A DNA stretch of 63,797 nt, filler included, from Bacteroidales bacterium (GCA_035389045.1; 3 parts of 3 records of this genome joined end to end with filler, not necessarily neighbours in it); one strand, 5' to 3'; counted from the first letter of the whole stretch, positions 50,268 through 61,120 are shown. Notes: generated from the sequence alone by a model not told the origin. Numbers and translations: made by a program.

Positions 50268-52994
50268 ATGAAAAAAGTATTATCCATTTGTGTGATGATT
50301 TTATGTGTAACCGGCTTTTTTTCAGCTTATTCCAACAATAATTCTCATGCTGCCAGAGATTATCACCATAGTAATAAGAGTATAAACCCGGTTTTTCTCC
50401 ATCCCCTTTCTGAAATTGCGCCAAAAGCAACTGATGATAATTTTGTTACCAGTGAAGATGTCGTATTAAATAATACGGTGGCTACCAACGATACGATCAG
50501 CCCTGATGGCATCAATGAGTGGACCATCGTGTCTTTACCCACACATGGTGTGCTGGTCTTCAATAATAACGGAACTTTTCAGTATACACCCGGCCTTAAT
50601 TTTTATGGGACAGATACATTTACCTACCAACTATGCGATATTGACGGCGATTGTGATACTGCTCTCGTTACCATCACCATTAGCCCGGTGAATGAGTTCC
50701 CTGTTGCATTGAGCGATAGTGCAAGTCTCTATGAAGACGGTATGCTTTCCGACAGTGTCACCGCAAATGACATATTAAGCGCTGATGGCGGTAACATGTG
50801 GGGAACAGTCACCGGACCGTTTCATGGAGCTGTTATCTTTAATACAGATGGATCATATACGTATACCCCCGGAGCTGATTTTTATGGCATGGATTCTATA
50901 ATTTATAAGATTTATGATGTAGACAATGACAGTGCGGTTGCATGTATTTACCTTACAGTTTTGCCTATCAATGACAAACCCGGAGCAATTGATGACAATG
51001 CAGTTACAGCTGAGGATACTCCTGTAACCATAGATGCCACAGCTAATGATAATGATGTGGATGGCAATTTATACTTTTCTGCCATGACTGTTTTAACGCT
51101 TCCCGGACACGGAACTGCAACGATCAATGCACTTACCGGTGATATTAACTATACTCCAAATCCGAATTACAACGGAAATGACACTCTTGAATATTGCATA
51201 TGCGACGACGGTACCCCTCTCCCATCGTTATGCGATACTGCATTTATTTATATTGTCATTACGCCCGTTAACGACCTGCCCGTGGCTAACACGGATAATG
51301 CTTCCACTAATTCGTACACCCCGGTGACCATAAATGTTTTATATAATGATACTTTCGGCGGCGACGGCACCTGTGCCTGTGCCATTACAGCTACAAACGG
51401 AGCTCATGGAACGACCTCTGTCAATAATAATGGTACCGCTACGAACCCTGCTGATGATAGAATTGTATATACACCCAATGCTTCATATCACGGTACCGAT
51501 AGTTTCACTTATACGATCAGCGATATTGACGGAGAACAATCCACTGCCACCGTATATATGGATGTAACTTCGATGTTTGCACCTACTTTAACGGCTCCAG
51601 TCAATGGCGCAGCAGGACAGATGCCCAATGCGCTCATTTCATGGAACGCTGTGCCCGGTGCATTTCACTACAAAGCCCAGGTAAGCACCGACAGCCTTTT
51701 CACCACGAATAAAGTTTATACCACCAATCTCTCGGCTGTTTACACCGACAACCTGTTATTTAATACAATCTATTACTGGAGAGTTAAAGCATATGGTGTC
51801 AATGATTCAACAAGCTGGTCAGGATTTTTTAAATTTAAAGTGCTGAAAACTGTTACCATCACCCAGCCCGCGAATGGATCAATGAACAATAATCTTAAAA
51901 TTCGCTTAAGATGGAATGCTATATCTGGTTTGACAAAATATGAATATCAGATTGACTCATCCACATCATTTTCAAGTCCGCTGCTCATCAGCAACGCTGT
52001 AGCTTATGATAAAACGACTGCGTTCACCAATGTGCTTGTTTCCGGGACTAACTATCATTTAAGAATGAGGGCGCTGCACAACGCGGATACTTCAGAATGG
52101 AGTGAACTACGTGATTTTACTACACTGAATACCTTTGATCTGATCGGCCCGCAAAATAGCGCTGTCGGTCTGTCGCCGGTGACGGAGATGAGTTGGGACT
52201 GGACAGGTGCATCAAAATATGAACTGGCCTTATCCACAGATTCCCTGTTCAGCAGCGCTGTATATTCGGTAATAGATTCCAACGACTATACGGTGTATAA
52301 TGACACCGTCAGTATCAAAATCAATTCGGATACGCTGCGTTTTGGTCAGAAGTATTTCTGGAAAGTACGGAATGTAAGCGCTTTGGGCAATTCTGCATGG
52401 ACGGCAACATGGAAATTCACTACCGTGAGCGAAGTCACCCTGGTTTCTCCTGCCGATGGTGCTGTTGACATAAGCAGGTTTCCTATTTTTAAATGGACTA
52501 AAATCAATAATATTGGTGCCTACCATATGGAAATTGATGATTCACCATCCTTTTCAAGCCCAATCTATTTAATCATCAACAAGCAGGCAATCACCGACAC
52601 CCTGAACACTCAATTACAACCTCTTACTGTTTACCACTGGCGTATGCGTGCCGTTACACATGTTGACTCCACGGAATGGTGTGCGCCTTTCCAGTTCAGA
52701 ACGGCCGCTCCTATAGGAATAGAAAACAATCTCAGTAATGATAATATCAGCATTTATCCCAATCCTTCGAGTAACGGTAAAATTAACATTCAGATACCTG
52801 CCGGCCACAGCCAGGATATACATCTCAGTGTTGTTAATATGATTGGACAGGAAATTTATGGCAATACACTTCAGTTAAAACCGGGAAACAATCTTTTCAC
52901 CGTGAACCTGCAGGATAAGGAAAATGGTATTTACTTCATCAGACTTCAAAGTGAAGATAATACGCTTACACGAAAAATAATTATGAACAAGTAA
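50268..52994 (+). CDS. T9SS type A cargo with cadherin-like (Ig, ~95-aa) repeats and Fn3-like repeats
   Basis: PVNxxPxAxDD...YTPxxNxxGxD repeats; YYWRVKA-type repeats; CTD IYPNPS...GIYFI. Confidence 0.9.
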   Translation: MKKVLSICVMILCVTGFFSAYSNNNSHAARDYHHSNKSINPVFLHPLSEIAPKATDDNFVTSEDVVLNNTVATNDTISPDGINEWTIVSLPTHGVLVFNNNGTFQYTPGLNFYGTDTFTYQLCDIDGDCDTALVTITISPVNEFPVALSDSASLYEDGMLSDSVTANDILSADGGNMWGTVTGPFHGAVIFNTDGSYTYTPGADFYGMDSIIYKIYDVDNDSAVACIYLTVLPINDKPGAIDDNAVTAEDTPVTIDATANDNDVDGNLYFSAMTVLTLPGHGTATINALTGDINYTPNPNYNGNDTLEYCICDDGTPLPSLCDTAFIYIVITPVNDLPVANTDNASTNSYTPVTINVLYNDTFGGDGTCACAITATNGAHGTTSVNNNGTATNPADDRIVYTPNASYHGTDSFTYTISDIDGEQSTATVYMDVTSMFAPTLTAPVNGAAGQMPNALISWNAVPGAFHYKAQVSTDSLFTTNKVYTTNLSAVYTDNLLFNTIYYWRVKAYGVNDSTSWSGFFKFKVLKTVTITQPANGSMNNNLKIRLRWNAISGLTKYEYQIDSSTSFSSPLLISNAVAYDKTTAFTNVLVSGTNYHLRMRALHNADTSEWSELRDFTTLNTFDLIGPQNSAVGLSPVTEMSWDWTGASKYELALSTDSLFSSAVYSVIDSNDYTVYNDTVSIKINSDTLRFGQKYFWKVRNVSALGNSAWTATWKFTTVSEVTLVSPADGAVDISRFPIFKWTKINNIGAYHMEIDDSPSFSSPIYLIINKQAITDTLNTQLQPLTVYHWRMRAVTHVDSTEWCAPFQFRTAAPIGIENNLSNDNISIYPNPSSNGKINIQIPAGHSQDIHLSVVNMIGQEIYGNTLQLKPGNNLFTVNLQDKENGIYFIRLQSEDNTLTRKIIMNK

Positions 52995-53012
52995 ATAAAT
53001 TTATTATCTTTG

Positions 53013-53047
53013 AAAAGCAGTTACATTAATGTAGCTGCTTTTTTTTT
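53013..53047 (+). terminator. Rho-independent terminator
   Basis: AAAAGCAGTTACAT / ATGTAGCTGCTTTT plus T run. Confidence 0.75.
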
Positions 53048-54286
53048 ATGAATCTGTTGATCCGGATAGTTGTCATCAGCCTGGTTATCATTGTATCAGA
53101 TATATACTTTTACAGGCTCATAAAAAACCTTTTTATCAAAAATGGAAAGGGCCGAAGACTTTTAAAAGCAATTATCTTTATTCAAGCTATTGCATTTATT
53201 ATCTTCGAAGCCTGCTGTATATTAGTTATTGGTTATCCGCTCGACGATTACGTTAAATACAGGCAACTGTTCATTCTGCTCAATGCTTTTATCCTGATGT
53301 ATCTGCCCAAGTCCGTAACAGCAGTCTTTCTTATTTTCCATGACATTTTTCGTATTATCCCAATTATTTTCCGTCACAAAAACGGTAAAGAAAAGAAACG
53401 TTCAAAGATCTGTTACGTCGCAGCGCTATTCGTTTTTCTGGCCGTGCTTGCCATCTGCATACAAGGTTTTACCTGTGGAAAAACCAATGTAACGATCCGG
53501 AAGATCGACCTTTCTTTCAGCCGGCTGCCAGGATCTTTTGAAAACTTCCGCATAGTTCAGATTTCAGACCTTCACCTGGGGAGTTTTAAAGATCTGAAGC
53601 CTTTTATACAATATATGAAACTGATCGGACAACTTTCTCCTGATATTCTGGTATCAACGGGCGACATGATCAACGTGAGCGACAGGGAACTTGATCCCTT
53701 TGATTCCCTGTTTAGAAAAATCAAACCTCCATATGGAAAGTATTCCATTCTGGGTAATCATGACATCGGAGATTATTTCCAAATGAAAAGACCTGAAAAC
53801 ACTGAAGAAATTACCCAAAAACTCATACAACGACAAACAGATATGGGTTTTCTGGTTTTGATAGATTCGGCCTGTTACATAAAAAAAGACAATGATTCTC
53901 TTGCCCTGATCGGTGTTAACAATTGGGGAACCTTTCCGTTCAAAAAAAACGGGAACCTGAACAAAGCCACGGCCGGCACTGCTGACAATGATTTTAAAAT
54001 ATTATTATCGCATGACTCCAACCACTGGCTGTATGAAGTTTCCGGTAAAACCAATATTGAGTTAACTTTATCCGGGCATACGCACGGAATGCAACTGGGT
54101 TTTATTACTAACTTCATAAAATTCAGCCCCAGTCGGTTGATCTATAAATTCTGGCAGGGACTGTATGGTTCAGGCGAACAAAAATTGTATGTAAATCCGG
54201 GACTTGGATATAGCGGATTTTCGGCACGAATCGGTATCAGGCCCGAAATCACGCTTATTATCCTGCACCGTAAATCCTCACCATAA
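53048..54286 (+). CDS. Membrane-anchored metallophosphoesterase (YkuE/YaeI-like)
   Basis: SDLHLG, TGDM, GNHD, LSHD, GHTHG; N-terminal TM helices. Confidence 0.92.
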   Translation: MNLLIRIVVISLVIIVSDIYFYRLIKNLFIKNGKGRRLLKAIIFIQAIAFIIFEACCILVIGYPLDDYVKYRQLFILLNAFILMYLPKSVTAVFLIFHDIFRIIPIIFRHKNGKEKKRSKICYVAALFVFLAVLAICIQGFTCGKTNVTIRKIDLSFSRLPGSFENFRIVQISDLHLGSFKDLKPFIQYMKLIGQLSPDILVSTGDMINVSDRELDPFDSLFRKIKPPYGKYSILGNHDIGDYFQMKRPENTEEITQKLIQRQTDMGFLVLIDSACYIKKDNDSLALIGVNNWGTFPFKKNGNLNKATAGTADNDFKILLSHDSNHWLYEVSGKTNIELTLSGHTHGMQLGFITNFIKFSPSRLIYKFWQGLYGSGEQKLYVNPGLGYSGFSARIGIRPEITLIILHRKSSP

Positions 54287-54354
54287 TAAAATAGTGTTAT
54301 CCATCCCTGTAATGAAAAGATTTATCCATAAATTTACACATTGAATTTTATACA

Positions 54355-55728
54355 ATGGTAGTCATTTATATACTATGTGTTGCACTTTCGTTAATTACGG
54401 GATTTATCGTTGCCTGGTTGATTGTAAAGAGTAAATTATCGAATGCCGGTCAGGAGATCGCACTAAACGAAAAATTACTAATAAGGAAAGACGCTGAGAT
54501 CGAAAATCTGAACCAAAGGTTATCGGATCATACCACACAGCTTAATAATCTTCTTGACTCTGTCAGACAACAGCTTACAGAAGAAAGACAGTCAAAACTT
54601 GAACTGACTTCAAAACTTTCGAGAACCGAGGAGCAAAATAAAGGGCTTTTAGAAAGGCTTGATTCTCAAAAAGCTGAAATAGCCGATATTCAGAAAAAAT
54701 TCACCATAGAGTTTCAAAATCTTGCCAATAGCATCCTGAAACAAAACACGCTGGAGTTTACTGCAACCAACCAGAAAAACATATCGGACATACTGAATCC
54801 ACTGAAAGAAAAACTTACCAATTTTGAAAAACAGATACAGGACACTTATAAAAGCAGCCTGAGAGACCAGTCGGATCTAAAGGCGGAACTGAAAAAGCTC
54901 CAGGATCTGAACATCAATATTTCTGAGGAAGCACGTAATCTGACCAAAGCACTGAAAGGCGACACAAAAAAACAAGGCAACTGGGGCGAAATCGTCCTGG
55001 AAAGGATACTGGAACGATCGGGACTCATCAAAGGCGAAGAATATGAAACACAGTTCACCGCACGAAATGATCACGGGGAATTGATTCGTCCCGATGTTGT
55101 AGTAAAACTGCCTGAGAACAAGCATATTATCATCGACTCCAAAGTGTCGCTGCTTGCCTATGAACAGTATGTCAATGCTGAGGTTCAGGAAGAAAAGGAA
55201 CGTTTTGCGCGGCTTCATATCGAATCCATAAAAAACCATATCAGGGGGTTGAGCGAAAAAAGCTATGCCCACAGCAGCGATATGAATTCACCTGATTTTG
55301 TCCTGATGTTTTTGCCTATCGAATCATCCTTCAGCCTGGCAATCCAGCAGGATGTTGAACTGTTCAATTTCGGCTGGGACAAAAGGGTAGTCATGGTCTG
55401 CCCCTCTACCCTGCTTGCCACCCTGAAAACCATAGAATCCATCTGGAAACATGAAAAACAGACTCAAAATGCCATCGAAATTGCCAGCGAAGGTGGCAAA
55501 CTCTACGACAAATTTGCCGGCCTGGTGGAAGACCTGAAAAAACTGGGCAGTCAGCTCGACACGGTTCAGAAAACATTCCTCGAAGCAAACAAAAAACTTT
55601 ATGCCGGCAGCGGAAACCTTATTGGAAAAGTTGAAAAATTAAGGCGACTGGGAGCAAAAAACTCCAAAAATCTACCGGTCTCATTCCATACCGAAGACGA
55701 ACAAACTGAAAATACCCAACCAAGATGA
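54355..55728 (+). CDS. rmuC: DNA recombination protein RmuC
   Basis: TM plus coiled coil; QGNWGEIVLE, RPDVVV, IIDSKVSL, DFVLMFLP. Confidence 0.95.
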   Translation: MVVIYILCVALSLITGFIVAWLIVKSKLSNAGQEIALNEKLLIRKDAEIENLNQRLSDHTTQLNNLLDSVRQQLTEERQSKLELTSKLSRTEEQNKGLLERLDSQKAEIADIQKKFTIEFQNLANSILKQNTLEFTATNQKNISDILNPLKEKLTNFEKQIQDTYKSSLRDQSDLKAELKKLQDLNINISEEARNLTKALKGDTKKQGNWGEIVLERILERSGLIKGEEYETQFTARNDHGELIRPDVVVKLPENKHIIIDSKVSLLAYEQYVNAEVQEEKERFARLHIESIKNHIRGLSEKSYAHSSDMNSPDFVLMFLPIESSFSLAIQQDVELFNFGWDKRVVMVCPSTLLATLKTIESIWKHEKQTQNAIEIASEGGKLYDKFAGLVEDLKKLGSQLDTVQKTFLEANKKLYAGSGNLIGKVEKLRRLGAKNSKNLPVSFHTEDEQTENTQPR

Positions 55729-56978
55729 AAAAGATATGTTTATTCGTATTCATTTTTTTTATTGCAATGCTTTTTACCGCCTGCTACAATCCTTCAAAAA
55801 TGAATACGACCAATATTACCTCAAACTACCAGGACCAGTCGAGAAGCCTGAACATAAGCATCTGCGCCTATAACCTTAGTAGTGACAGTACGAGGATATA
55901 TTATAAATTCAACACCGGCGGCTTGTTCTTCCAGAAAGATATGAAAAAGAATTATTTTTATGCACAATATATCATCAGGTACGACCTTTACAATGCCGCC
56001 GACATGAAAAAAGTCATTGATTCGGCATCATTTCTCATCATTGATTCTGTAAATTACGGTACAAACAGCAACCTGACCGACAGCATAGATATGTTACTCA
56101 AAGAGCCTGACAATTATGTGGTATCATTTACTATTATTGACCTGAATAAAACCTTTTCATCCACTAATTACCTGAACATATACAAAAATAATCTTTTAAA
56201 CAGGAATAACTATATAATCCGCGACAGTAAGAACAATCCGATCATTCAAAACTACCTCAGCCGGAGCAACGGCTTCCGCATATTCATGCGTGAAAAGCAG
56301 GTTTACAAACTTTTTGTAAGGTATTACAAAAGCAGTACCGACATCGCCGAACCGCCTTTTGCCGTGGTAAACCTAAAGCCCAGATCATTCAAGGCCGACA
56401 GTATTTTCACCATCGACATTACCGACAGACATTCCGGAACGCTGAGTTTTTCTGAACCCGGTATTTATCATTTCCAGAGCGATACCAGCCAGAAAGATGG
56501 TTTCACCATTTTCAGGTTTTCGGACGATTTTCCACTGATCACCAGTGCGCAGGAGATGATTGGCCCCTTACGGTATATCACAACCAAAAGCGAATATAAC
56601 GACCTGGCTCTGATGAAAAACATCAAGGCAGCCATAGATAATTTCTGGCTTGACAAAGCAGGAAATCCCGACAGGGCAAAGGAAATGATAAAAGCCTATT
56701 ACAACCGGGTACAGGATGCAAACCGTTTTTTTTCGTCGTATACCGAAGGATGGAAGACAGACCGCGGCATGATCTACATTGTATATGGCCCGCCTTACAG
56801 CGTATACCGTTCCCCATTTAATGAAACCTGGTACTATGGCGAGGACCGCAACATTTTATCCATGACACTGGATTTCAATAAAACACTGGACCCTTTTACC
56901 GAAAATGACTATACCCTTGACCGGAGCGCCGAATATAAAGATGTGTGGTACAGCGCTGTGGAGACGTGGAGGAAATGA
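55725..56978 (+). CDS. GWxTD domain lipoprotein
   Basis: LFTA-C lipobox; EGWKTDRGMIYIVYGPP. Confidence 0.9.
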   Translation: MKKICLFVFIFFIAMLFTACYNPSKMNTTNITSNYQDQSRSLNISICAYNLSSDSTRIYYKFNTGGLFFQKDMKKNYFYAQYIIRYDLYNAADMKKVIDSASFLIIDSVNYGTNSNLTDSIDMLLKEPDNYVVSFTIIDLNKTFSSTNYLNIYKNNLLNRNNYIIRDSKNNPIIQNYLSRSNGFRIFMREKQVYKLFVRYYKSSTDIAEPPFAVVNLKPRSFKADSIFTIDITDRHSGTLSFSEPGIYHFQSDTSQKDGFTIFRFSDDFPLITSAQEMIGPLRYITTKSEYNDLALMKNIKAAIDNFWLDKAGNPDRAKEMIKAYYNRVQDANRFFSSYTEGWKTDRGMIYIVYGPPYSVYRSPFNETWYYGEDRNILSMTLDFNKTLDPFTENDYTLDRSAEYKDVWYSAVETWRK

Positions 56979-56990
56979 GAGAGGAGGAGG

Positions 56991-57145
56991 TCGGAAGTCA
57001 GGAGTCGTGAGTCGGGAGTCAGGAGTTAGGAGTTGGGAGTCGGGAGTCGGGAGTCAGGAGTCAGGAGTTAGGAGTTGGGAGTCGGGAGTCGGGAGTCAGG
57101 AGTCAGGAGTCGGGAGTCGGGAGTTGGGAGTCAGGAGTCAGGAGT
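56991..57145. repeat. Heptamer tandem repeat (RGGAGTY), about 22 copies, running into the assembly gap
   Basis: aggagtc/gggagtc/aggagtt/gggagtt units. Confidence 0.95.
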
Positions 57146-57245
57146 NNNNNNNNNNNNNNNNNNNNNNNNNNNNNNNNNNNNNNNNNNNNTTAATTAATTA
57201 ANNNNNNNNNNNNNNNNNNNNNNNNNNNNNNNNNNNNNNNNNNNN
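57146..57245. other. Artificial contig linker / assembly gap
   Basis: N44-TTAATTAATTAA-N44. Confidence 0.98.
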
Positions 57246-57268
57246 GTATAACTTAAATCTATATTTTT

Positions 57269-57466
57269 ATGAAAAAATTAGCTTTAATTTCTGCTGGCTT
57301 GTTCATCGTGGCCATCGCATTATCATCATGTAAAAAGGATTACACCTGTGAATGCACAGTGGGTGGTGTTTCCGTAAAGTATACCATTGAAAAAACCACT
57401 AAGGCAGATGCAGAGACCAAATGCAATACCTATATCACCGGTACCACTGTTTGCGAACTTCAATAA
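57269..57466 (+). CDS. Small Cys-rich lipoprotein
   Basis: LSS-CKKDYTCEC...AETKC...CELQ. Confidence 0.85.
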   Translation: MKKLALISAGLFIVAIALSSCKKDYTCECTVGGVSVKYTIEKTTKADAETKCNTYITGTTVCELQ

Positions 57467-57489
57467 TCAGAAATTTTTACTCTTTTTGA

Positions 57490-57519
57490 AAAGCATCCGG
57501 AAAACCGGATGTTTTTTTT
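57490..57519 (+). terminator. Rho-independent terminator
   Basis: GCATCCGG-aaaa-CCGGATGT plus T run. Confidence 0.8.
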
Positions 57520-57609
57520 GATTATATGTCTGCAAAAATCCACTGAATTATTATTTCATTATTGAAATGGTTTTATTGAAATTATTCGTAATTTTGTAAA
57601 AAAAATTTT

Positions 57610-57840
57610 ATGAAAAGAACATTATTAGTACTTGCAGTTGTGACTGCTATAGCGTTTTTATCAACTTCGTGTGTAAAAACCTGGGTTTGCTCATGCACTT
57701 CACTTTCCGATCCAAGTAAAAACTATAACTACACTTATGAACTGACGGGCAAAACCGAAGCCAAAGCTGATTGCGAAAATCAACAAACACAAGGCAGGGC
57801 AGATTATAATCTCCTCGATTATACCTGCGAATTAGAATAA
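57610..57840 (+). CDS. Small Cys-rich lipoprotein, paralogue of 57269-57466
   Basis: STS-CVKTWVCSC...AKADC...CELE. Confidence 0.85.
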   Translation: MKRTLLVLAVVTAIAFLSTSCVKTWVCSCTSLSDPSKNYNYTYELTGKTEAKADCENQQTQGRADYNLLDYTCELE

Positions 57841-57854
57841 ATCTGCCGGTTTTT

Positions 57855-58136
57855 TTATTTGTACAGACAGCGATAAGCTGTATCGCTGTCTGTTTTCATT
57901 TTAAACTTTGTATCCTTAGGGACCATAAAGGTTTCAAATTCTTTATAGGTTTGCCATTGGGTTTCTCCTGGCAATAATGCTTCAATGTTTCCGCATATAA
58001 CAGTCATATATTCCACCGTACTGGTGCCGAATTCGTATTCCCCCGGAGCTATCACGCCTATGGTAGCTTTGCCTTCAGGGGTTTCAAAACCCAGGGATGT
58101 CACTTTCCCGTCAAAATATTCATTTACTTTAAACAT
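57855..58136 (-). CDS. ppnP: Pyrimidine/purine nucleoside phosphorylase (DUF1255)
   Basis: MFKVNEYFDGKVTS...GEYEFGT...EYM...YRCLY. Confidence 0.92.
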   Translation of the reverse strand: MFKVNEYFDGKVTSLGFETPEGKATIGVIAPGEYEFGTSTVEYMTVICGNIEALLPGETQWQTYKEFETFMVPKDTKFKMKTDSDTAYRCLYK

Positions 58137-58169
58137 GTTGATATTTTTTTTAAAACAATAGTATTATTC

Positions 58170-60407
58170 TCAGATATGGCTTTTCAGTTTGAACAAGAGA
58201 TGATCGAGCATTAAAGGTATTTCTTCCGGCTGTATGCCATATTTCATAAGAAGGCTTACATCTTCGTTAAAACCTCTGTTGAAATTATCAAAATCATTAT
58301 CCGGCTGAGTGATGCTTTGGTAATACAGGTCGCTTGCAGTCAGGCGGTCGCCGGTCACCCATTTCACATGGCCGTAATTCATATAATCGTACTTGTTTGA
58401 CATTCCTTTGTCAATAAGTTTTCTGAAATATTCTTCGGACTTGAGGAAATCTCCCGATACAAAAAGGCACCAGGCGATAGGCCGGTAAATCTTCGCATTT
58501 TCAGTAAAATTAAACTCAATCTTATAGTAATAATGCAGCGCTTTCCGGTAATCCTTCAGATTCAGGTAACAGTTCGCCGTATTCATCACAATATTCATAT
58601 TGTCCTGTTCCAGTTTTTCCAGTTCCAGATAATATTCAAGTGATTTCTGATAATCCTTGATGTTGCTGTAACACAAAGCGATCTTTTTTAACAGCCACAC
58701 ATTGGAGGAGTCGTAAAGTTCTGCCTTCAGATAATATTCAAGAGCTTTACCATGATCACCCATACGCTGATAACAATAACCTGTTTTTTGCAGTATGTCC
58801 ATTTCTTGTTTAGCCTGTTTCAAGATATTCAGAAAAACATCGAGGGCTTCGGCATAATGATCGGTAGTAAAATAATAATCGGCAATCTTCTTTTTGAAAC
58901 TGACATCGCGAAATATGGTATTGATGAAACTTTTATTATAAAAATCCAGCTTGAGATCAAAAATGTCATCAAAGTGGTTACGAGTTCGGTGAAGTTTGAA
59001 AAACCGGTAAAGATCCTGTATGTACTGTGTAAAAACCGTATTATTTTTAATCGCTGAGTTCAGCATCTGGTCTTCATCAGCTAGTTCGTTCATGTTTTCC
59101 AGCTCGGAATTAAAGAGATTCAGCAGCATGGTTTTTTGCTGCACAGGCATCATTTTCAGGTTAAGGATAAATGAAAACTTATCGGAATTGCACATATATG
59201 CCGATCGTTCGAGCAGCCCCAGAAAACCTTTTGCATCATAGGTTTCTTCTTCGTTAATGATTTTTTGGACATCATGATGTTCCTGGTAAAAAGGAAGAAA
59301 CCAGTTCGACATATTATTAAAAAAATCGAAATGTTTTAACAGGGCAAACGTGCTCATAAAAACATCATTACCTTCAAGTTGCATTTTCGACAATTCCTCA
59401 ATCTTACTGAAAAGTTCAGGAGAATCCTCAAGGATAGACTGCCAGTCTGGATTTTTTTCGATGGAAGGGTCATCGGATAGAATATTTTTCAGATCCAGCT
59501 TGTCTTCTAAGCGTGGTGCAAGTTTCTGAATGTCGGGAATGATCTCTTCATGCATCTTCCTGGTTATTCTTTCGGTATCCTTGGCCTTCACAAATTGCTT
59601 AATAATGAACATTACATCCGATTCGGATATCTCGTTCTCCGCATAAATCTTGTTGATACGGTCGTTCAGCGCTTTATAAAACCTTATCCGGTCATCAAAA
59701 ACATAAAAACACAAGAGTATGCCCACCAAAGCTCTTTGTCTGACCTCGTGCCTGCCGCTGTAATAAAAATCGAACAACAACTCCATTTTTGATGTATCAA
59801 AAAACCTGATCATGCTTAAGGTAACGGCTGTTACCGGCAGGCAGTTATCATACCATTTAAAATAGCCCGAATCAAAAATTGTTTTTACAAATAACATATC
59901 CGAATCACTGAATTTATCCGTATACAAAATGTAATCGAACAAATCGTTGCGGAAGTCCTGCTGTTTTTTTTCTGCTTCATCATCATCAAAAGCTATCCGG
60001 GTTTCATTCAGCAGATCTGATATTTTCTCCATATACTTCCGGCTTTCAAGGGCTTCATTCTGTTTCGCCTGTATAAGGCTGAGTTTATTGTATGAATTTC
60101 TCTTGTTCTGCAACAAAAGAAGATTGTTCTTTTCAAGAAAATGTTCTTTGATCCTGTCGGCCAGTTCCACCACAGATATTATCAGAGAACTCAACACCTG
60201 TGGACGTTGCGGGTCGGTTACCCCTCTGATGGTATACGACAAAAGGTTCTGATAATTAGAAACAATGTTTTCAGATTCTGCCTGAAAAGCATCAACATTT
60301 ATTTCCTTTAAAAGCGTTTCAATGCCCGAAAGTGCATCATAAAGCCTTGAAGACGTAGCATTATCACAAATTTCCCTGTGCGATTTTATTATTTCCCGTG
60401 TTGTCAT
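58170..60407 (-). CDS. Large C-terminal TPR protein, conserved in Bacteroidales
   Basis: QRALVG, EGNDVFMSTF, NWFLPF, MCNSDKFS, QDLYRFFKL, TPR repeats. Confidence 0.85.
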   Translation of the reverse strand: MTTREIIKSHREICDNATSSRLYDALSGIETLLKEINVDAFQAESENIVSNYQNLLSYTIRGVTDPQRPQVLSSLIISVVELADRIKEHFLEKNNLLLLQNKRNSYNKLSLIQAKQNEALESRKYMEKISDLLNETRIAFDDDEAEKKQQDFRNDLFDYILYTDKFSDSDMLFVKTIFDSGYFKWYDNCLPVTAVTLSMIRFFDTSKMELLFDFYYSGRHEVRQRALVGILLCFYVFDDRIRFYKALNDRINKIYAENEISESDVMFIIKQFVKAKDTERITRKMHEEIIPDIQKLAPRLEDKLDLKNILSDDPSIEKNPDWQSILEDSPELFSKIEELSKMQLEGNDVFMSTFALLKHFDFFNNMSNWFLPFYQEHHDVQKIINEEETYDAKGFLGLLERSAYMCNSDKFSFILNLKMMPVQQKTMLLNLFNSELENMNELADEDQMLNSAIKNNTVFTQYIQDLYRFFKLHRTRNHFDDIFDLKLDFYNKSFINTIFRDVSFKKKIADYYFTTDHYAEALDVFLNILKQAKQEMDILQKTGYCYQRMGDHGKALEYYLKAELYDSSNVWLLKKIALCYSNIKDYQKSLEYYLELEKLEQDNMNIVMNTANCYLNLKDYRKALHYYYKIEFNFTENAKIYRPIAWCLFVSGDFLKSEEYFRKLIDKGMSNKYDYMNYGHVKWVTGDRLTASDLYYQSITQPDNDFDNFNRGFNEDVSLLMKYGIQPEEIPLMLDHLLFKLKSHI

Positions 60408-60604
60408 AAACAAATAATTGCGTGATTATCATGCAAAAACTATACTTTTATCAAAAGTCTGCTATTATGTCAGTATAAATTTAAAAAATAATGCTACAGG
60501 CATACTTATAAAATAATTATATTGTAAACTTTACTAATATAAAATCGTATAAGCCTGTTGTTTGATGACTTGAGATATTGGATCAGCAGCTAATATTAAT
60601 AAAA

Positions 60605-61051
60605 ATGAAAAATATCATCTTTCTGTTAATTTTAGTTTTTCCGGCCTGCCTTATTTGCGGCTCATGCAAGAAAATGGCCAGGGAGCCTAATATGCCTGCA
60701 ACCTACGATGGCAGAGCAGTGAAAGATCAGGGGACCATTTATGTATCAGACAGGGATGTTATGCTGCAAATCTGGGATAACGGCAGCGCCGATGGCGACA
60801 TGATCACCTTAATCGTGAACGACATGGTTGTACTTTCAAATTACACCCTTGAAGGGATAGCCAACAAGAAGGAAATAGACCTGAAACTGGATAATGAAGG
60901 ATACAACTATTTATTGGTGTTCATCAATGATGACGGAAGTCTGTCGCCAGACGAAACGGTTATCGCCATTGATGACGGCACCGGTGAACAACAATCGGTT
61001 CTCACCGGTTCTGCTGCCTTCTGCGGGGCTTTGAATATTTATGTTCAGTAA
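60605..61051 (+). CDS. Hypothetical lipoprotein
   Basis: Hydrophobic leader then GS-CKK; WDNGSADGDMITLIVN motif. Confidence 0.75.
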   Translation: MKNIIFLLILVFPACLICGSCKKMAREPNMPATYDGRAVKDQGTIYVSDRDVMLQIWDNGSADGDMITLIVNDMVVLSNYTLEGIANKKEIDLKLDNEGYNYLLVFINDDGSLSPDETVIAIDDGTGEQQSVLTGSAAFCGALNIYVQ

Positions 61052-61120
61052 ACCCGCCGTCGGATACTGAAACATTGGGATCCCGGCTATGCCTGCTCCC
61101 ACCCGTCCCGCTCCAGAGGA

